Below are positions 9,830 through 19,218 of a stretch of 64,000 bases of DNA, piece by piece. Position numbers and translations under genes: made by a program. Within the stretch, counting starts at the first letter, position 1. Each line of letters starts with the position of its first letter. Below the pieces are notes generated by a model. The model ran no database searches. It was not told the DNA's origin and was given only the letters and a program-made list of their open reading frames with translations. The stretch comes from an uncultured Erysipelotrichaceae bacterium (GTDB lineage: Bacteria; Bacillota_I; Bacilli_A; RF39; UBA660). The stretch covers positions 26,482 through 90,481 of the forward strand of contig CACWWC010000001.1 in the NCBI GenBank assembly GCA_902764545.1. Direction: 5' to 3'.

Positions 9830-10750
9830 TTATCTTCCTACCTCGATGTTCATTTCTTCAAGTAATCTATTTAGGTCATTTCCATTTGCAAAGCTTATTT
9901 CTATTTTATTTTTTTTAATTACTACCCTTGTACCTAATTTTTCACTTATTTCTTCTTGAAGATACTGATATTCATTCTGAGTCTTTATTCTCGGTTTTTG
10001 AGGATTACTTTTGATAATTATTGGTTCCTGTGATAATTCTTCTAGTTTTCTAACACTTAGGCCTTCAGATATTACTTTCTCTTCTAATTCTCTTTGTTGT
10101 TCACTATTATCTATTTTGCTTAGTACTCTTGCATGTCCCATTGTTATTTTCTTTTCATTTACGTCTGTCTGAATGGTTGGTGGAAGTGTTAATAAACCCA
10201 ACATATTTGTAATGTGGCTTCTACTTTTTCCTAATCTTTTCGCAAGTTCTTCTTGTGTCAAAGATAATGTTTCTTGTAGTTTTTTATATGCTTGGGCTTC
10301 TTCTATTGCAGTTAAATTCTCTCTTTGAAGGTTTTCTAATAATGCAATTTCCATCATTTGAGTGTCATTGAAATCTCTTATTATTGCCGGAATTTCTGAT
10401 AATCCTGCTAATTTAGATGCTTTTACTCTTCTTTCTCCTGCAATTATTTCATAACCTTTGATAGATTTTTTGATAATAATTGGCTGAAAAACGCCGTGTT
10501 CTTTAATGGATTCTGCTAATTCTGATAATGCACTTTCGTCAAAAAACTTTCTAGGCTGATATGGATTACTCCTTAGTTCATTTATGTTCACCATAGTAAT
10601 TGCTTCTTTTGGTGTTTCATTAACAATCTTTTCTTCAACTGTACTATAATCCAATATTTCACTATTAAATAATTCTTCTAGTCCTTTACCCAAGGCTTTT
10701 CTTCTTGGGATTCCTGTCTCATTTACATTATTTGTTTCCATTTCTTTCAA
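9830..10750 (-). CDS. parB: Chromosome partitioning protein ParB/Spo0J
   Basis: 306 aa. GLGKGL-like KALGKGLEELF, ParB box NPYQPRKFFDE...EHGVFQPIIIK...YEIIAGERRVKASKLAG, and an HTH region. Immediately downstream of soj with a 23-nt overlap. Confidence 0.9.
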   Translation of the reverse strand: MKEMETNNVNETGIPRRKALGKGLEELFNSEILDYSTVEEKIVNETPKEAITMVNINELRSNPYQPRKFFDESALSELAESIKEHGVFQPIIIKKSIKGYEIIAGERRVKASKLAGLSEIPAIIRDFNDTQMMEIALLENLQRENLTAIEEAQAYKKLQETLSLTQEELAKRLGKSRSHITNMLGLLTLPPTIQTDVNEKKITMGHARVLSKIDNSEQQRELEEKVISEGLSVRKLEELSQEPIIIKSNPQKPRIKTQNEYQYLQEEISEKLGTRVVIKKNKIEISFANGNDLNRLLEEMNIEVGR

Positions 10751-11516
10751 TCACTTCCTTTGCTAGATTAATATATGCTTCTGAGCCTCTGCTTTTTGGA
10801 TCATATGCAATTATTGGTTCTCCATGTGATGGAGCTTCTGTTAATCTTACAAGTCTAGGTATTATTGTATTATAGACCTTTTCTTTAAAGAAACTTCTAA
10901 TATCCTCTACAACTTCAAACCCTAAGTTTGTCCTTGAATCCAACATTGTTAATAATACTCCTTCTATATCTAGTGTTGGATTTAGTGTTTTTTGTGCTAT
11001 CATTATTGTCTTTAACAATTGTGTTATTCCCTCTAATGCAAAAAATTCACATTGTACTGGAATTATTACTGAATTAGAGGCTGTTAGTGCATTTGTTGTT
11101 ATTACATCAAGTGAGGGAGGACAATCTATTATTATATAGTCAAAACTTTCTTTTATGTCTACTAAGCTATTTTTTAGTTGTTCTCCTTTTTTAAAGCCTT
11201 TTTCCTGTCTGCTTTTTTCTCCTAATTCATTACCAAGCCCGGCTAGGTTTATTGTTGACGGTACAACATAAAACTTTTTATACTTTGTTTTAACCATTGC
11301 TTCTGTAATGTTGCATTCACCGATTAACACATCATATATACTTTTTTCTATTTCTCCTTTATTTATTCCTACACCAGTAGTTGTATTACCTTGAGGATCT
11401 AAGTCTATTAAAAGTACTTTTTTACCTAATACTGCTAGTGATGCAGAAAGATTTATACTTGTTGTTGTCTTACCTACTCCACCTTTTTGATTTACTAATG
11501 ATATAACCTTTCCCAT
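10728..11516 (-). CDS. soj: Chromosome partitioning ATPase ParA/Soj
   Basis: 262 aa; deviant Walker A NQKGGVGKTTTSINL, DLDPQGN, IIDCPPSL. Confidence 0.92.
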   Translation of the reverse strand: MGKVISLVNQKGGVGKTTTSINLSASLAVLGKKVLLIDLDPQGNTTTGVGINKGEIEKSIYDVLIGECNITEAMVKTKYKKFYVVPSTINLAGLGNELGEKSRQEKGFKKGEQLKNSLVDIKESFDYIIIDCPPSLDVITTNALTASNSVIIPVQCEFFALEGITQLLKTIMIAQKTLNPTLDIEGVLLTMLDSRTNLGFEVVEDIRSFFKEKVYNTIIPRLVRLTEAPSHGEPIIAYDPKSRGSEAYINLAKEVIERNGNK

Positions 11517-11587
11517 CTAATCACCCATTTTCCATTTTACCTATTAATTGTATCAAATAATATACTTTTTTGAAATGTTTTTGTAAA

Positions 11588-11612
11588 AAAAAGTAGATTT
11601 TTTAATCTACTC
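11588..11612 (-). terminator. Rho-independent terminator downstream of noc
   Basis: agtagatt / aatctact inverted repeat with a tttt loop. Minus-strand run of T (plus-strand gtaaaaaaaag) follows. Overlaps the noc stop codon. Confidence 0.5.
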
Positions 11613-12815
11613 TTGATTATCCTTTTCTATTTTCAATATTACTTGATAAGATTTTGGAAAGTCCATCTCATCTGCATTAATTTTTATTCCGTGGCTTTTC
11701 AATTCTTCTATCAATCTATGTATTTTATCTATTGCTGTATTTACATTATATTCTTCATCACTTTCTGATGTATTTTTTTCGTCTGGTGTATTTTCTTGAG
11801 GTATTTGTATTGCTGTTAAATCTGGCATTTGGAAATAATCATCTGATTTCTTTTCTACTTTTGGTTCCTCCTTAACTATCTTTTCTGCCGGTGTCAATGG
11901 GGTTGAATTTGTATTTAATAGTCCATCTATATCTGAGGTAGGTGGTGGAGAAATAATTTTTGCTTCTTCCGATTTATTTTGATTATTTTCTTGAAGTACT
12001 TCATTATTTATTCCATTATAATTCATAAATTTTGCATCTTGATTATTTTCCTCCTCTATTGGTGGAGCAATTACTACCTTTCCATAATTTGCTGAATTAT
12101 CTTCTACAGCATCTGTTGTGGGCATAAGTGGTTGGTTATTTAAAAATTCGTTAGCACTTGTTGTTTCGTTTGAAGATATTGCAATTTCTTCTGCTTTCTT
12201 TGGCTTTGGATATTTCTCATTTATCTCTTCTTCAAGCTTTCTAACACTCATTTTTTCATTTATTACTTTTTGTAGAAATTCTTTTTGTATATCTGCTGTT
12301 GGGATGTTTAACAATGCTCTAGCATGTCTTTCTGATATCTTCTCTTTTAATAATGCATCCTGAATTTCGTCTGGTAATGATAACAATCTTATTTTATTGG
12401 CAACTGCTGATTGACTTTTTCCCATTGTCTTTGCTAATTCTTCTTGTGTCATTTCATCTATTTCTAGTATTTTTTGATATGTTCTTGCTTCTTCTATTGC
12501 ATTTAAATTTTTTCTTTGTAAATTTTCTAGCAATGCTACCTTTGAGCTTTCTTTGTCATCTAAATCTCTTATTATTGCTGGAATTTTTGTTTGACCGGCT
12601 AATGCAGATGCTTTGTATCTTCTCTCTCCTGCAATTATCTCATACTTTCCATTAACATTTCTAACTATTATTGGTTGTATTACACCATGCTCCTTTATTG
12701 AAACTGCTAACTCTTTTAGTGCTCTTTCATCAAATACTTCTCTTGGTTGAAATCTATTAGGTATAATATCATCTAAATATAATTGAACTACTTCATCTTT
12801 ATCTTGTTCTGCCAT
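11607..12815 (-). CDS. noc: Noc-like ParB-family protein with a long low-complexity insertion
   Basis: 402 aa. In the rsmG-noc-soj-spo0J position. DDIIPNRFQPREVFDE and HGVIQPIIVR...YEIIAGERRYKASALAG resemble B. subtilis Noc. About 170 aa of N/E/P/T-rich linker precede a small C-terminal domain. Cognate NBS palindromes occur at 28611 and 28705. Confidence 0.75.
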   Translation of the reverse strand: MAEQDKDEVVQLYLDDIIPNRFQPREVFDERALKELAVSIKEHGVIQPIIVRNVNGKYEIIAGERRYKASALAGQTKIPAIIRDLDDKESSKVALLENLQRKNLNAIEEARTYQKILEIDEMTQEELAKTMGKSQSAVANKIRLLSLPDEIQDALLKEKISERHARALLNIPTADIQKEFLQKVINEKMSVRKLEEEINEKYPKPKKAEEIAISSNETTSANEFLNNQPLMPTTDAVEDNSANYGKVVIAPPIEEENNQDAKFMNYNGINNEVLQENNQNKSEEAKIISPPPTSDIDGLLNTNSTPLTPAEKIVKEEPKVEKKSDDYFQMPDLTAIQIPQENTPDEKNTSESDEEYNVNTAIDKIHRLIEELKSHGIKINADEMDFPKSYQVILKIEKDNQE

Positions 12816-12922
12816 GATATCTTCCCCTCTCTTTTATTCTTTTATTATCCTATGTTATCATTATAATTTATTTTTTATTATCTTTCAACTTATTTTTTTA
12901 TAAAAAATTTTTAACTATATAT

Positions 12923-13567
12923 TTATTTATTTTTTAATACTAGTAGTGCTCTTTTACTATTTTCAATAGGAAGGTTAAATTTTTCAAGTTTATATATTAT
13001 ATATTTGCTTTTTATTTTATTGATTACAGGCTTAATTAATTCGTCATCTACATTTCCTTTCATTGCAACAAAGAACCCATTTTGTGATACTAAATGCATA
13101 GTATATTTAACCAATTTTTCTATGTTTGCAACTGCTCTAGATGTTACAAGATCAAAACTTCCTTTGAAATCTTCTCCTCTTATATGGATTGCTTCTATGT
13201 TTTCTAGTTCTAATTCTTTGATTATCACATTTAAATAATCTATCCTTTTTTTTAAGGAATCAATTAATGTTATTTTTATATGTGGAAACAGTATTTTAAT
13301 AACAATCCCTGGAAATCCTGCACCTGTTCCTACATCACATAAAGATTTAATTTTTTTGAGATCAATTACTCTATTTATTGTTAAACAGTCATAATAATGC
13401 TTTAAGTATACTTCTTTTTCTTCTGTTATTCTAGTTAAATTTATTTTTTTATTCCATTCAATAAGTAAATGATAAAAGTGATCTAGTTGTTCTAATTGTT
13501 TTTTGTTTGGTGTAATATTTATTTTTTTCAAATACTCTAGAAATTCTGTTTTATTCACTTTTTCCAT
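12923..13567 (-). CDS. rsmG: 16S rRNA (guanine527-N7)-methyltransferase RsmG
   Basis: 214 aa; SAM motif LCDVGTGAGFPGIVIKI; follows mnmG. Confidence 0.9.
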   Translation of the reverse strand: MEKVNKTEFLEYLKKINITPNKKQLEQLDHFYHLLIEWNKKINLTRITEEKEVYLKHYYDCLTINRVIDLKKIKSLCDVGTGAGFPGIVIKILFPHIKITLIDSLKKRIDYLNVIIKELELENIEAIHIRGEDFKGSFDLVTSRAVANIEKLVKYTMHLVSQNGFFVAMKGNVDDELIKPVINKIKSKYIIYKLEKFNLPIENSKRALLVLKNK

Positions 13568-15422
13568 ACTCCTTTTTTAAATATACTGATAAAATTGAAA
13601 TATCTGATGGGTTTACCCCACTAATTCTAATTGCTTGTGCAATTGTAGTTGGCTTAACCTCTTTTAATTTTTGTCTTGCTTCACTGGCAATATTTTTTAT
13701 TTTATCATAATCTATATTATCTGGAATTTTTTTCTTTTCTAATTTTATTAGCTTTTCTGCCTCTTTATATGCTTTTTTTATGTACCCTTCATATTTCAAG
13801 TAAATTTCTGCTTGCTCTTTGATTTCTTTTTTATAATTGATTACTTCAAAATTTTCCAAAAAAGAAATTGATATCTCTGGTCGTTTAAGAAGATCATAAT
13901 ATGTCATTGTGGAAGTAGGAATGCTGATATTATTCATCACAAATATATTTTCAACTTCTTTTGTGACTTTTAATTTTTTTTCTTTTAATATTTCAAATAG
14001 TTCTTTTATCTCTTTTTCTTTTTTATTAAGTCTATTTATTTGTTCTTCTGAAATCAAACCTACGAGATATCCATATCTTCTTAATCTTTGATCTGCATTA
14101 TCACTTCTTAACAATAATCTAAATTCTGCTCGACTTGTTAATAATCTATAAGGATCTCTTATTCCTTTTGTGATTAAATCGTCGATTAATACACCGATAT
14201 ATGCCTCATTTCTTTGTAGTATTAGTGGTTCTTTTTTTTCTAATTTTAAACTTGCATTTATACCTGCAATTAATCCTTGACATGCAGCTTCTTCATATCC
14301 ACTTGTTCCATTTATTTGACCTGCTGTAAATAAATTTTCAATTATTTTTGTCTCTAGTGTCTTTTTTAATTGAGTTGGATAAATTGCGTCATATTCAATT
14401 GCATAACCGTACTTTATTATTTTTGCATTTTCTAGTCCTGGTAGTGAATGTACCATTTTCTCTTGAATATCTGGAGGCATTGACGTTGAAAAACCCTGAA
14501 GATATATATCATCATACTGTTTACTTTCTGGTTCTATAAATAATTGGTGTCTTTCTTTATCTTTAAACCTAACTACTTTATCCTCAATTGAAGGACAATA
14601 TCTAGGACCAATTCCTTCTATGTCATCAAGAGCCCCGTACATGCTTGATTTTTTTAAATTATCAGTGATAATTTTATGTGTTTCTTTGGTTGTATATGTT
14701 AGATAACATGGTAGTTGTTCTTCAATCTTATATTGTGGTTCTAAATCAAAACTGAATGTTAATAACTTATCATCGCCTGGCTCCTCTTTTAATTTAGAGA
14801 AGTCTATTGTTTTTTTATCTATTCTTTGGGGAGTTCCTGTCTTTAATCTTATTATTTTAAAACCATATTCTTTCAGTTTATCACTTAAAAACTGCGATGG
14901 TTTTTCTCCATGAGGCCCCTGCCTAGTTCTTGTGTCTCCTACTAAAATGTCGGCCTTTAAATAAGTTCCTGTTGTCAGAATAACTATATCTGCGCTGATT
15001 TTTTTGCCATTTTCAAGAACTACTCCTTTTACTTTATTATTTTCAACTATTAAGTCCTCTACCATTGCCTCCATTATCTTTAAATCCTTCATTGTCTTCA
15101 ACACATTTAGCATTTCTTTAGGATATTCTATTTTATCGCCTTGTGCTCTTAATGATTGTACGGCTGGCCCTTTGGCACTATTTAGCATTTTTATTTGGAG
15201 ATGTGTTTTATCTGCAACTTTTCCCATGACTCCACCTAGTGCATCGATTTCTCTGACTACTATACCCTTGGCGCTTCCTCCTATGTGTGGATTACATGGC
15301 ATATCAGCAATATTATTTATGTTACTTGTTATGAGAAGTGTCTTGTGACCTTTTTTTGAGGATGCGTAGGCTGACTCACATCCTGCATGGCCTCCTCCAA
15401 CTACTATTATGTCATAATTCAT
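13551..15422 (-). CDS. mnmG: tRNA uridine 5-carboxymethylaminomethyl modification enzyme MnmG (GidA)
   Basis: 623 aa; FAD motif YDIIVVGGGHAGCESA; strong GidA-like sequence throughout. Confidence 0.96.
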   Translation of the reverse strand: MNYDIIVVGGGHAGCESAYASSKKGHKTLLITSNINNIADMPCNPHIGGSAKGIVVREIDALGGVMGKVADKTHLQIKMLNSAKGPAVQSLRAQGDKIEYPKEMLNVLKTMKDLKIMEAMVEDLIVENNKVKGVVLENGKKISADIVILTTGTYLKADILVGDTRTRQGPHGEKPSQFLSDKLKEYGFKIIRLKTGTPQRIDKKTIDFSKLKEEPGDDKLLTFSFDLEPQYKIEEQLPCYLTYTTKETHKIITDNLKKSSMYGALDDIEGIGPRYCPSIEDKVVRFKDKERHQLFIEPESKQYDDIYLQGFSTSMPPDIQEKMVHSLPGLENAKIIKYGYAIEYDAIYPTQLKKTLETKIIENLFTAGQINGTSGYEEAACQGLIAGINASLKLEKKEPLILQRNEAYIGVLIDDLITKGIRDPYRLLTSRAEFRLLLRSDNADQRLRRYGYLVGLISEEQINRLNKKEKEIKELFEILKEKKLKVTKEVENIFVMNNISIPTSTMTYYDLLKRPEISISFLENFEVINYKKEIKEQAEIYLKYEGYIKKAYKEAEKLIKLEKKKIPDNIDYDKIKNIASEARQKLKEVKPTTIAQAIRISGVNPSDISILSVYLKKEYGKSE

Positions 15423-15445
15423 ATTTTCACTTCCTTAAAGTTGTT

Positions 15446-16807
15446 TTATTTTCCTAGACAAAATCTTGAAAACATCTCATCTAATAATTCTTCTTCATAG
15501 TTTGTTCCATTTATTTTTCCTAATTCTTCCCATATGTTTTTTATATCTAATTCTATAATATCTATTGGGACATTATTTTTTATGGATTTTTCTATATCTT
15601 TTATTCTTTGTAAACATTTTTTCAATATACTAATGCTTCTTGTATTACTTAAATATGTTGGATCCTTTTTTTCTATTTCGTGAATTTTAAATAGTTCAGT
15701 TATTTTTTCTTTTAGTGTGTCAATACCTTTATCCTCTAGAATACTTAACTCAACTATTCTTTCAGGTTCAACTTTTAATTTTTTTCTATCTAATTTTGTT
15801 TCTAAATCATTTTTATTTATTAAAATTAAATATTTCTTATTTTTTACTTTTTCTACCAATTCTTGTATATCATTAGTTATTTTTTCATTATTGTTTATCA
15901 TAAGTAAAATTAAATCTGCGTTGTCTATTGCTTTTAAGCTTTTTTTCACCCCTATTGCTTCTATAACGTTTTGTGTTTTTCTTATACCGGCTGTATCTAT
16001 AATATTGAGTAATATTCCATTTATAGATATTTGCCCTTCTACAATATCACGTGTTGTTCCTGCGATATCGGTAACAATTGCTTTTTCTTCTTGTAATAAT
16101 GCATTTAATAGCGAACTTTTACCTACATTAGGCCTGCCTATTATTGATGCAGTAATTCCTTCTTTAATTAATCTTCCATTTTCTGTCTCGTTTAAAATCT
16201 TTTCAATTTTTGCTTTTAAATTTTTTATTTTAGGTATTAGTATTTCTTGTGTGATAATATCAACATCATCATATTCTGGATAATCTATATTTACATTTAT
16301 ATTGCTTATAATTTGTACCATATCGCTTCTTAATTCATTTATTAAATCTGATGTTTTTCCTTCAATTTGGTTGATTGCCATTTTTCTTTGGTTTTCTGTT
16401 TTAGCATTAATCATGTCCATTATGGCCTCTGCTTCTAACAAGTCTATTCTTCCATTTAAAAATGCTCTTTTTGTAAATTCTCCTGGTTCTGCAATTCTAC
16501 AACCATTTTCTAATAATAACTCTAGTACTTTATTAGTTGCGGCAACTCCTCCGTGAGTGTTTATTTCAACAACATCCTCCATTGTAAATGTTTTAGGCTT
16601 TTTCATAACTGATACTAATACTTCATCAACTACTTTATTATCATCCATAATATGACCATAATTAATAGTGTGACTTTCTACTCTTAATAAGTCCTTTCCT
16701 CTGAAGATCTTATTAACATTAGTTATTGCATCTTCTCCACTAACTCTAATAATTGATATTGCCCCTTCTCCTAAAGATGTTGATATAGCACATATTGTAT
16801 CATTCAT
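15446..16807 (-). CDS. mnmE: tRNA modification GTPase MnmE (TrmE)
   Basis: Track start GTG 16813 abuts the GGAGGAG. ATG at 16807 gives MNDTICAISTS... G-domain GRPNVGKSSLLNAL, DTAGIR, and C-terminal FCLGK. Confidence 0.95.
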   Translation of the reverse strand: MNDTICAISTSLGEGAISIIRVSGEDAITNVNKIFRGKDLLRVESHTINYGHIMDDNKVVDEVLVSVMKKPKTFTMEDVVEINTHGGVAATNKVLELLLENGCRIAEPGEFTKRAFLNGRIDLLEAEAIMDMINAKTENQRKMAINQIEGKTSDLINELRSDMVQIISNINVNIDYPEYDDVDIITQEILIPKIKNLKAKIEKILNETENGRLIKEGITASIIGRPNVGKSSLLNALLQEEKAIVTDIAGTTRDIVEGQISINGILLNIIDTAGIRKTQNVIEAIGVKKSLKAIDNADLILLMINNNEKITNDIQELVEKVKNKKYLILINKNDLETKLDRKKLKVEPERIVELSILEDKGIDTLKEKITELFKIHEIEKKDPTYLSNTRSISILKKCLQRIKDIEKSIKNNVPIDIIELDIKNIWEELGKINGTNYEEELLDEMFSRFCLGK

Positions 16808-16865
16808 GAACACTCCTCCTTTTTCCTGCTGATATTATAGCATATTACTCATAAAAAAAGAAGAA

Positions 16866-17480
16866 TTAATCTTCTTTTGGTTTTATGATTACACAGCGAT
16901 TTGGCTCTTCTCCTTCGCTTTCTGTATAAATTCCCTTATAATTAGTAAGTGTATTATGAATTATTCTTCTTTCATATGAGTTCATTGAATCCATCTTTAC
17001 TTCTACTTTACTCACTTTAACTTCTCTTGCAATTTTGCGGGCCAATCTTTCTAGTGACTTTTCTCTTTTTTCTTTATATTCATTTACATCAATATTAAAT
17101 TTATAATTTTTTCCTAATTCTTTATTTAAATATTGACTAACAACAAGAGACAATGCTTTTAGATTTTTTCCATTTTTTCCTATTAATAATGCATCATTGT
17201 CTGAAAATATTATAAACTTTGGATATTCTTCTGACTTTTTTACTTCAATATTTACTGAAAAGCCCATTTCTTTTAACAAATTTGTTAAGTACTCTTTTAT
17301 ATCTTTTATAACATTTCTTTTTTCTATTACTTCTATTTCTACTTTTTTACTTTTAAATATTCCACCTTTTGATTCTCCTACTTCTCTAATAAACAAATTT
17401 TCCTCAACTTCTTGCAATTCTTCTTTTGCTTTTTGAATTGCGTCTTCTTTTGTTTTTCCAAAAAAGTTATGCTTTTCCAT
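16866..17480 (-). CDS. khpB: RNA-binding protein Jag/KhpB (Jag_N, KH and R3H domains)
   Basis: 204 aa; C-terminal R3H motif MNSYERRIIHNTL; conserved yidC-jag pairing. Confidence 0.85.
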   Translation of the reverse strand: MEKHNFFGKTKEDAIQKAKEELQEVEENLFIREVGESKGGIFKSKKVEIEVIEKRNVIKDIKEYLTNLLKEMGFSVNIEVKKSEEYPKFIIFSDNDALLIGKNGKNLKALSLVVSQYLNKELGKNYKFNIDVNEYKEKREKSLERLARKIAREVKVSKVEVKMDSMNSYERRIIHNTLTNYKGIYTESEGEEPNRCVIIKPKED

Positions 17481-18399
17481 TTAATTCTTTACTCCTTTTC
17501 ACTATTTTATTCTGACCTATTGTAAATAAATTAGATGTTACCCAATATATTCCCAATCCGGTTGGCATAAATAACCCTGTTACAACTATCATTGATGTCA
17601 TCATCATAGGCATCATCTTCATCGTAGGATCATCCATATTATTTGCTGAATTCATTTTAAATGAGAAGAAGGTTGTTGCAGCTATTATAACAATCAGTAT
17701 TAAATATGCATAAAATGTTGGTGAACTAATTCCTACAGAAGGCGTCGTTCCTAATTGTAAACCTAAAAATTTATCTTCAAATATAACAGGAGTTCTTTGT
17801 AGTGCTTCAAAAAATGCTATAAAAATCGGTAGTTGTATAAATGCAAATAAACAGCCTGACATTGGACTAATATGATATTTTTGGTAGACTGCCATCATTT
17901 CTTGTTGCTGCTTCATCATGGAATCTTTATCGGTTTTATTAGAATATTTTTTTTGAATTCGAGTTATTTCTGGTTGAGCTTTTTTCATAATTTCTGATTG
18001 CATTGCTGCTTTTTTCGTTAATGGATATGCGATAAGTCTTATAATCAAACTTATTATAATTACAGATATTCCATAATTTTTAACAAATCTTCCTAATTTA
18101 AGTAATACAAAAGCAAGCGGTTTTACAAATATTGTGGTCCATAATCCTTCATACTTTCCTGATGTTATTTTAAATTCACTACATTTTGGTAGTTTTTCAA
18201 CATCAACTTTGTTATCTTTATATATTTTAATTGTATTTTTATTTGTTGGTTTACATAATATGTTTTTTGTTAGCGTTTGCCCTGTAGATGGATTTTTTAC
18301 TGCTTGATTTTTGCTATTTGTTAATGTTTTCGTACATCCTGTCATAGATATCAGTAATATAAATAGTATAATTATGGTCCATAGATTTTTTTTCTTCAT
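17467..18399 (-). CDS. yidC: Membrane protein insertase YidC/SpoIIIJ (lipoprotein type)
   Basis: 310 aa. Lipobox LISMTGC, then the YidC core (AYPLTKKAAMQSEIMKKAQPE..., GCLFAFIQLPIFIAFF). Confidence 0.9.
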   Translation of the reverse strand: MKKKNLWTIIILFILLISMTGCTKTLTNSKNQAVKNPSTGQTLTKNILCKPTNKNTIKIYKDNKVDVEKLPKCSEFKITSGKYEGLWTTIFVKPLAFVLLKLGRFVKNYGISVIIISLIIRLIAYPLTKKAAMQSEIMKKAQPEITRIQKKYSNKTDKDSMMKQQQEMMAVYQKYHISPMSGCLFAFIQLPIFIAFFEALQRTPVIFEDKFLGLQLGTTPSVGISSPTFYAYLILIVIIAATTFFSFKMNSANNMDDPTMKMMPMMMTSMIVVTGLFMPTGLGIYWVTSNLFTIGQNKIVKRSKELNGKA

Positions 18400-18422
18400 A
18401 TTCCGTTCCTTTCACATAAGTG

Positions 18423-18737
18423 CTATATCAATTGTGAAAAATCTTTTTCTAGTTCACTAAAAGATTTATTAATTGCACCTTTTCTTAATATTATAATATA
18501 ATCCTTACTAATATTGTAGTTTTTTTTGCAATTATCTACAATTGCTCTTATTTTTCTTTTGTATTTGTTTCTAAAAACAGCATTCCCTAATTTTTTACTA
18601 ACGGATATTCCATATTTATTGTATGGAAGGTCATTTTTTAATGAGTATACAACATAACTTTGATTTTTTTTGCATTTTCCCTCTTTCATTATTTTTTCAA
18701 ATAATTTACTTTCTTTTACTATATACTTCTTTTTCAT
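18423..18737 (-). CDS. rnpA: Ribonuclease P protein component
   Basis: 104 aa, basic. GISVSKKLGNAVFRNKYKRKIR contains the RNR-type motif. Lies between rpmH and yidC. Confidence 0.85.
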   Translation of the reverse strand: MKKKYIVKESKLFEKIMKEGKCKKNQSYVVYSLKNDLPYNKYGISVSKKLGNAVFRNKYKRKIRAIVDNCKKNYNISKDYIIILRKGAINKSFSELEKDFSQLI

Positions 18738-18787
18738 TTTATCACTATCCTTTTATAGTAAAAAACCACTGTTTATCAGCGGTATTT

Positions 18788-18910
18788 TTATTTGCAAAGT
18801 CTCTTGCGCCCTTTACGGCGACGACGATTTAAAATATTTGTTTTCTTACGTGCAAAAAATCCTAATCTTTTGGCTTTTTTACGATTGTTTGGTTGATATG
18901 TTCTCTTCAT
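18788..18910 (-). CDS. rpmH: 50S ribosomal protein L34
   Basis: The track ORF is over-extended to 18970. An internal ATG at 18910 preceded by GGAGGTGGAA gives MKRTYQPNNRKKAKRLGFFARKKT..., the canonical L34 sequence (40 aa). Confidence 0.9.
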   Translation of the reverse strand: MKRTYQPNNRKKAKRLGFFARKKTNILNRRRRKGRKRLCK

Positions 18911-19013
18911 TGCTTCCACCTCCCGACATAAATCTACATTATTATAATAACAATATGTCTGTTTTGTCAATTAAAACTTTTATTTTTAAAAATATAAACA
19001 ATTTCAACATATA

Positions 19014-19132
19014 TGTGGAATACTTTTTTAACACTTGTTATAAAAAAATTGTGGAAATTGTGGAAAATTGTCGAATACGTTGATATTATTAAGTTTATTT
19101 TGTGGATTAAATTGTGGATTTTTTGTGGATTA
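19014..19132. promoter_or_regulatory. oriC DnaA-box cluster upstream of dnaA
   Basis: Six same-orientation TGTGGAnnn 9-mers (complement of TTATCCACA-type boxes): 19014-19022 tgtggaata, 19050-19058 tgtggaaat, 19059-19067 tgtggaaaa, 19101-19109 tgtggatta, 19113-19121 tgtggattt, 19124-19132 tgtggatta. Located in the rpmH-dnaA intergenic region. Confidence 0.85.
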
Positions 19133-19218
19133 CTTTTTTTAGGAAAAATATATTTATTTTTTTCACAATTTAATGTAGAATAAAACGTAATTGATTATTC
19201 TTGTGGGGAGATGGTAGA

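Noticed and set aside
18670-19083. 137-aa plus-strand ORF spanning rnpA, rpmH and the oriC DnaA-box region, plus the 5' extension of the rpmH ORF to 18970.
   Set aside because: It overlaps the bona fide rnpA and rpmH genes and the non-coding origin. The composition is Phe/Ile/Leu junk. The true rpmH start at 18910 has a GGAGG SD and gives the canonical MKRTYQP N-terminus.
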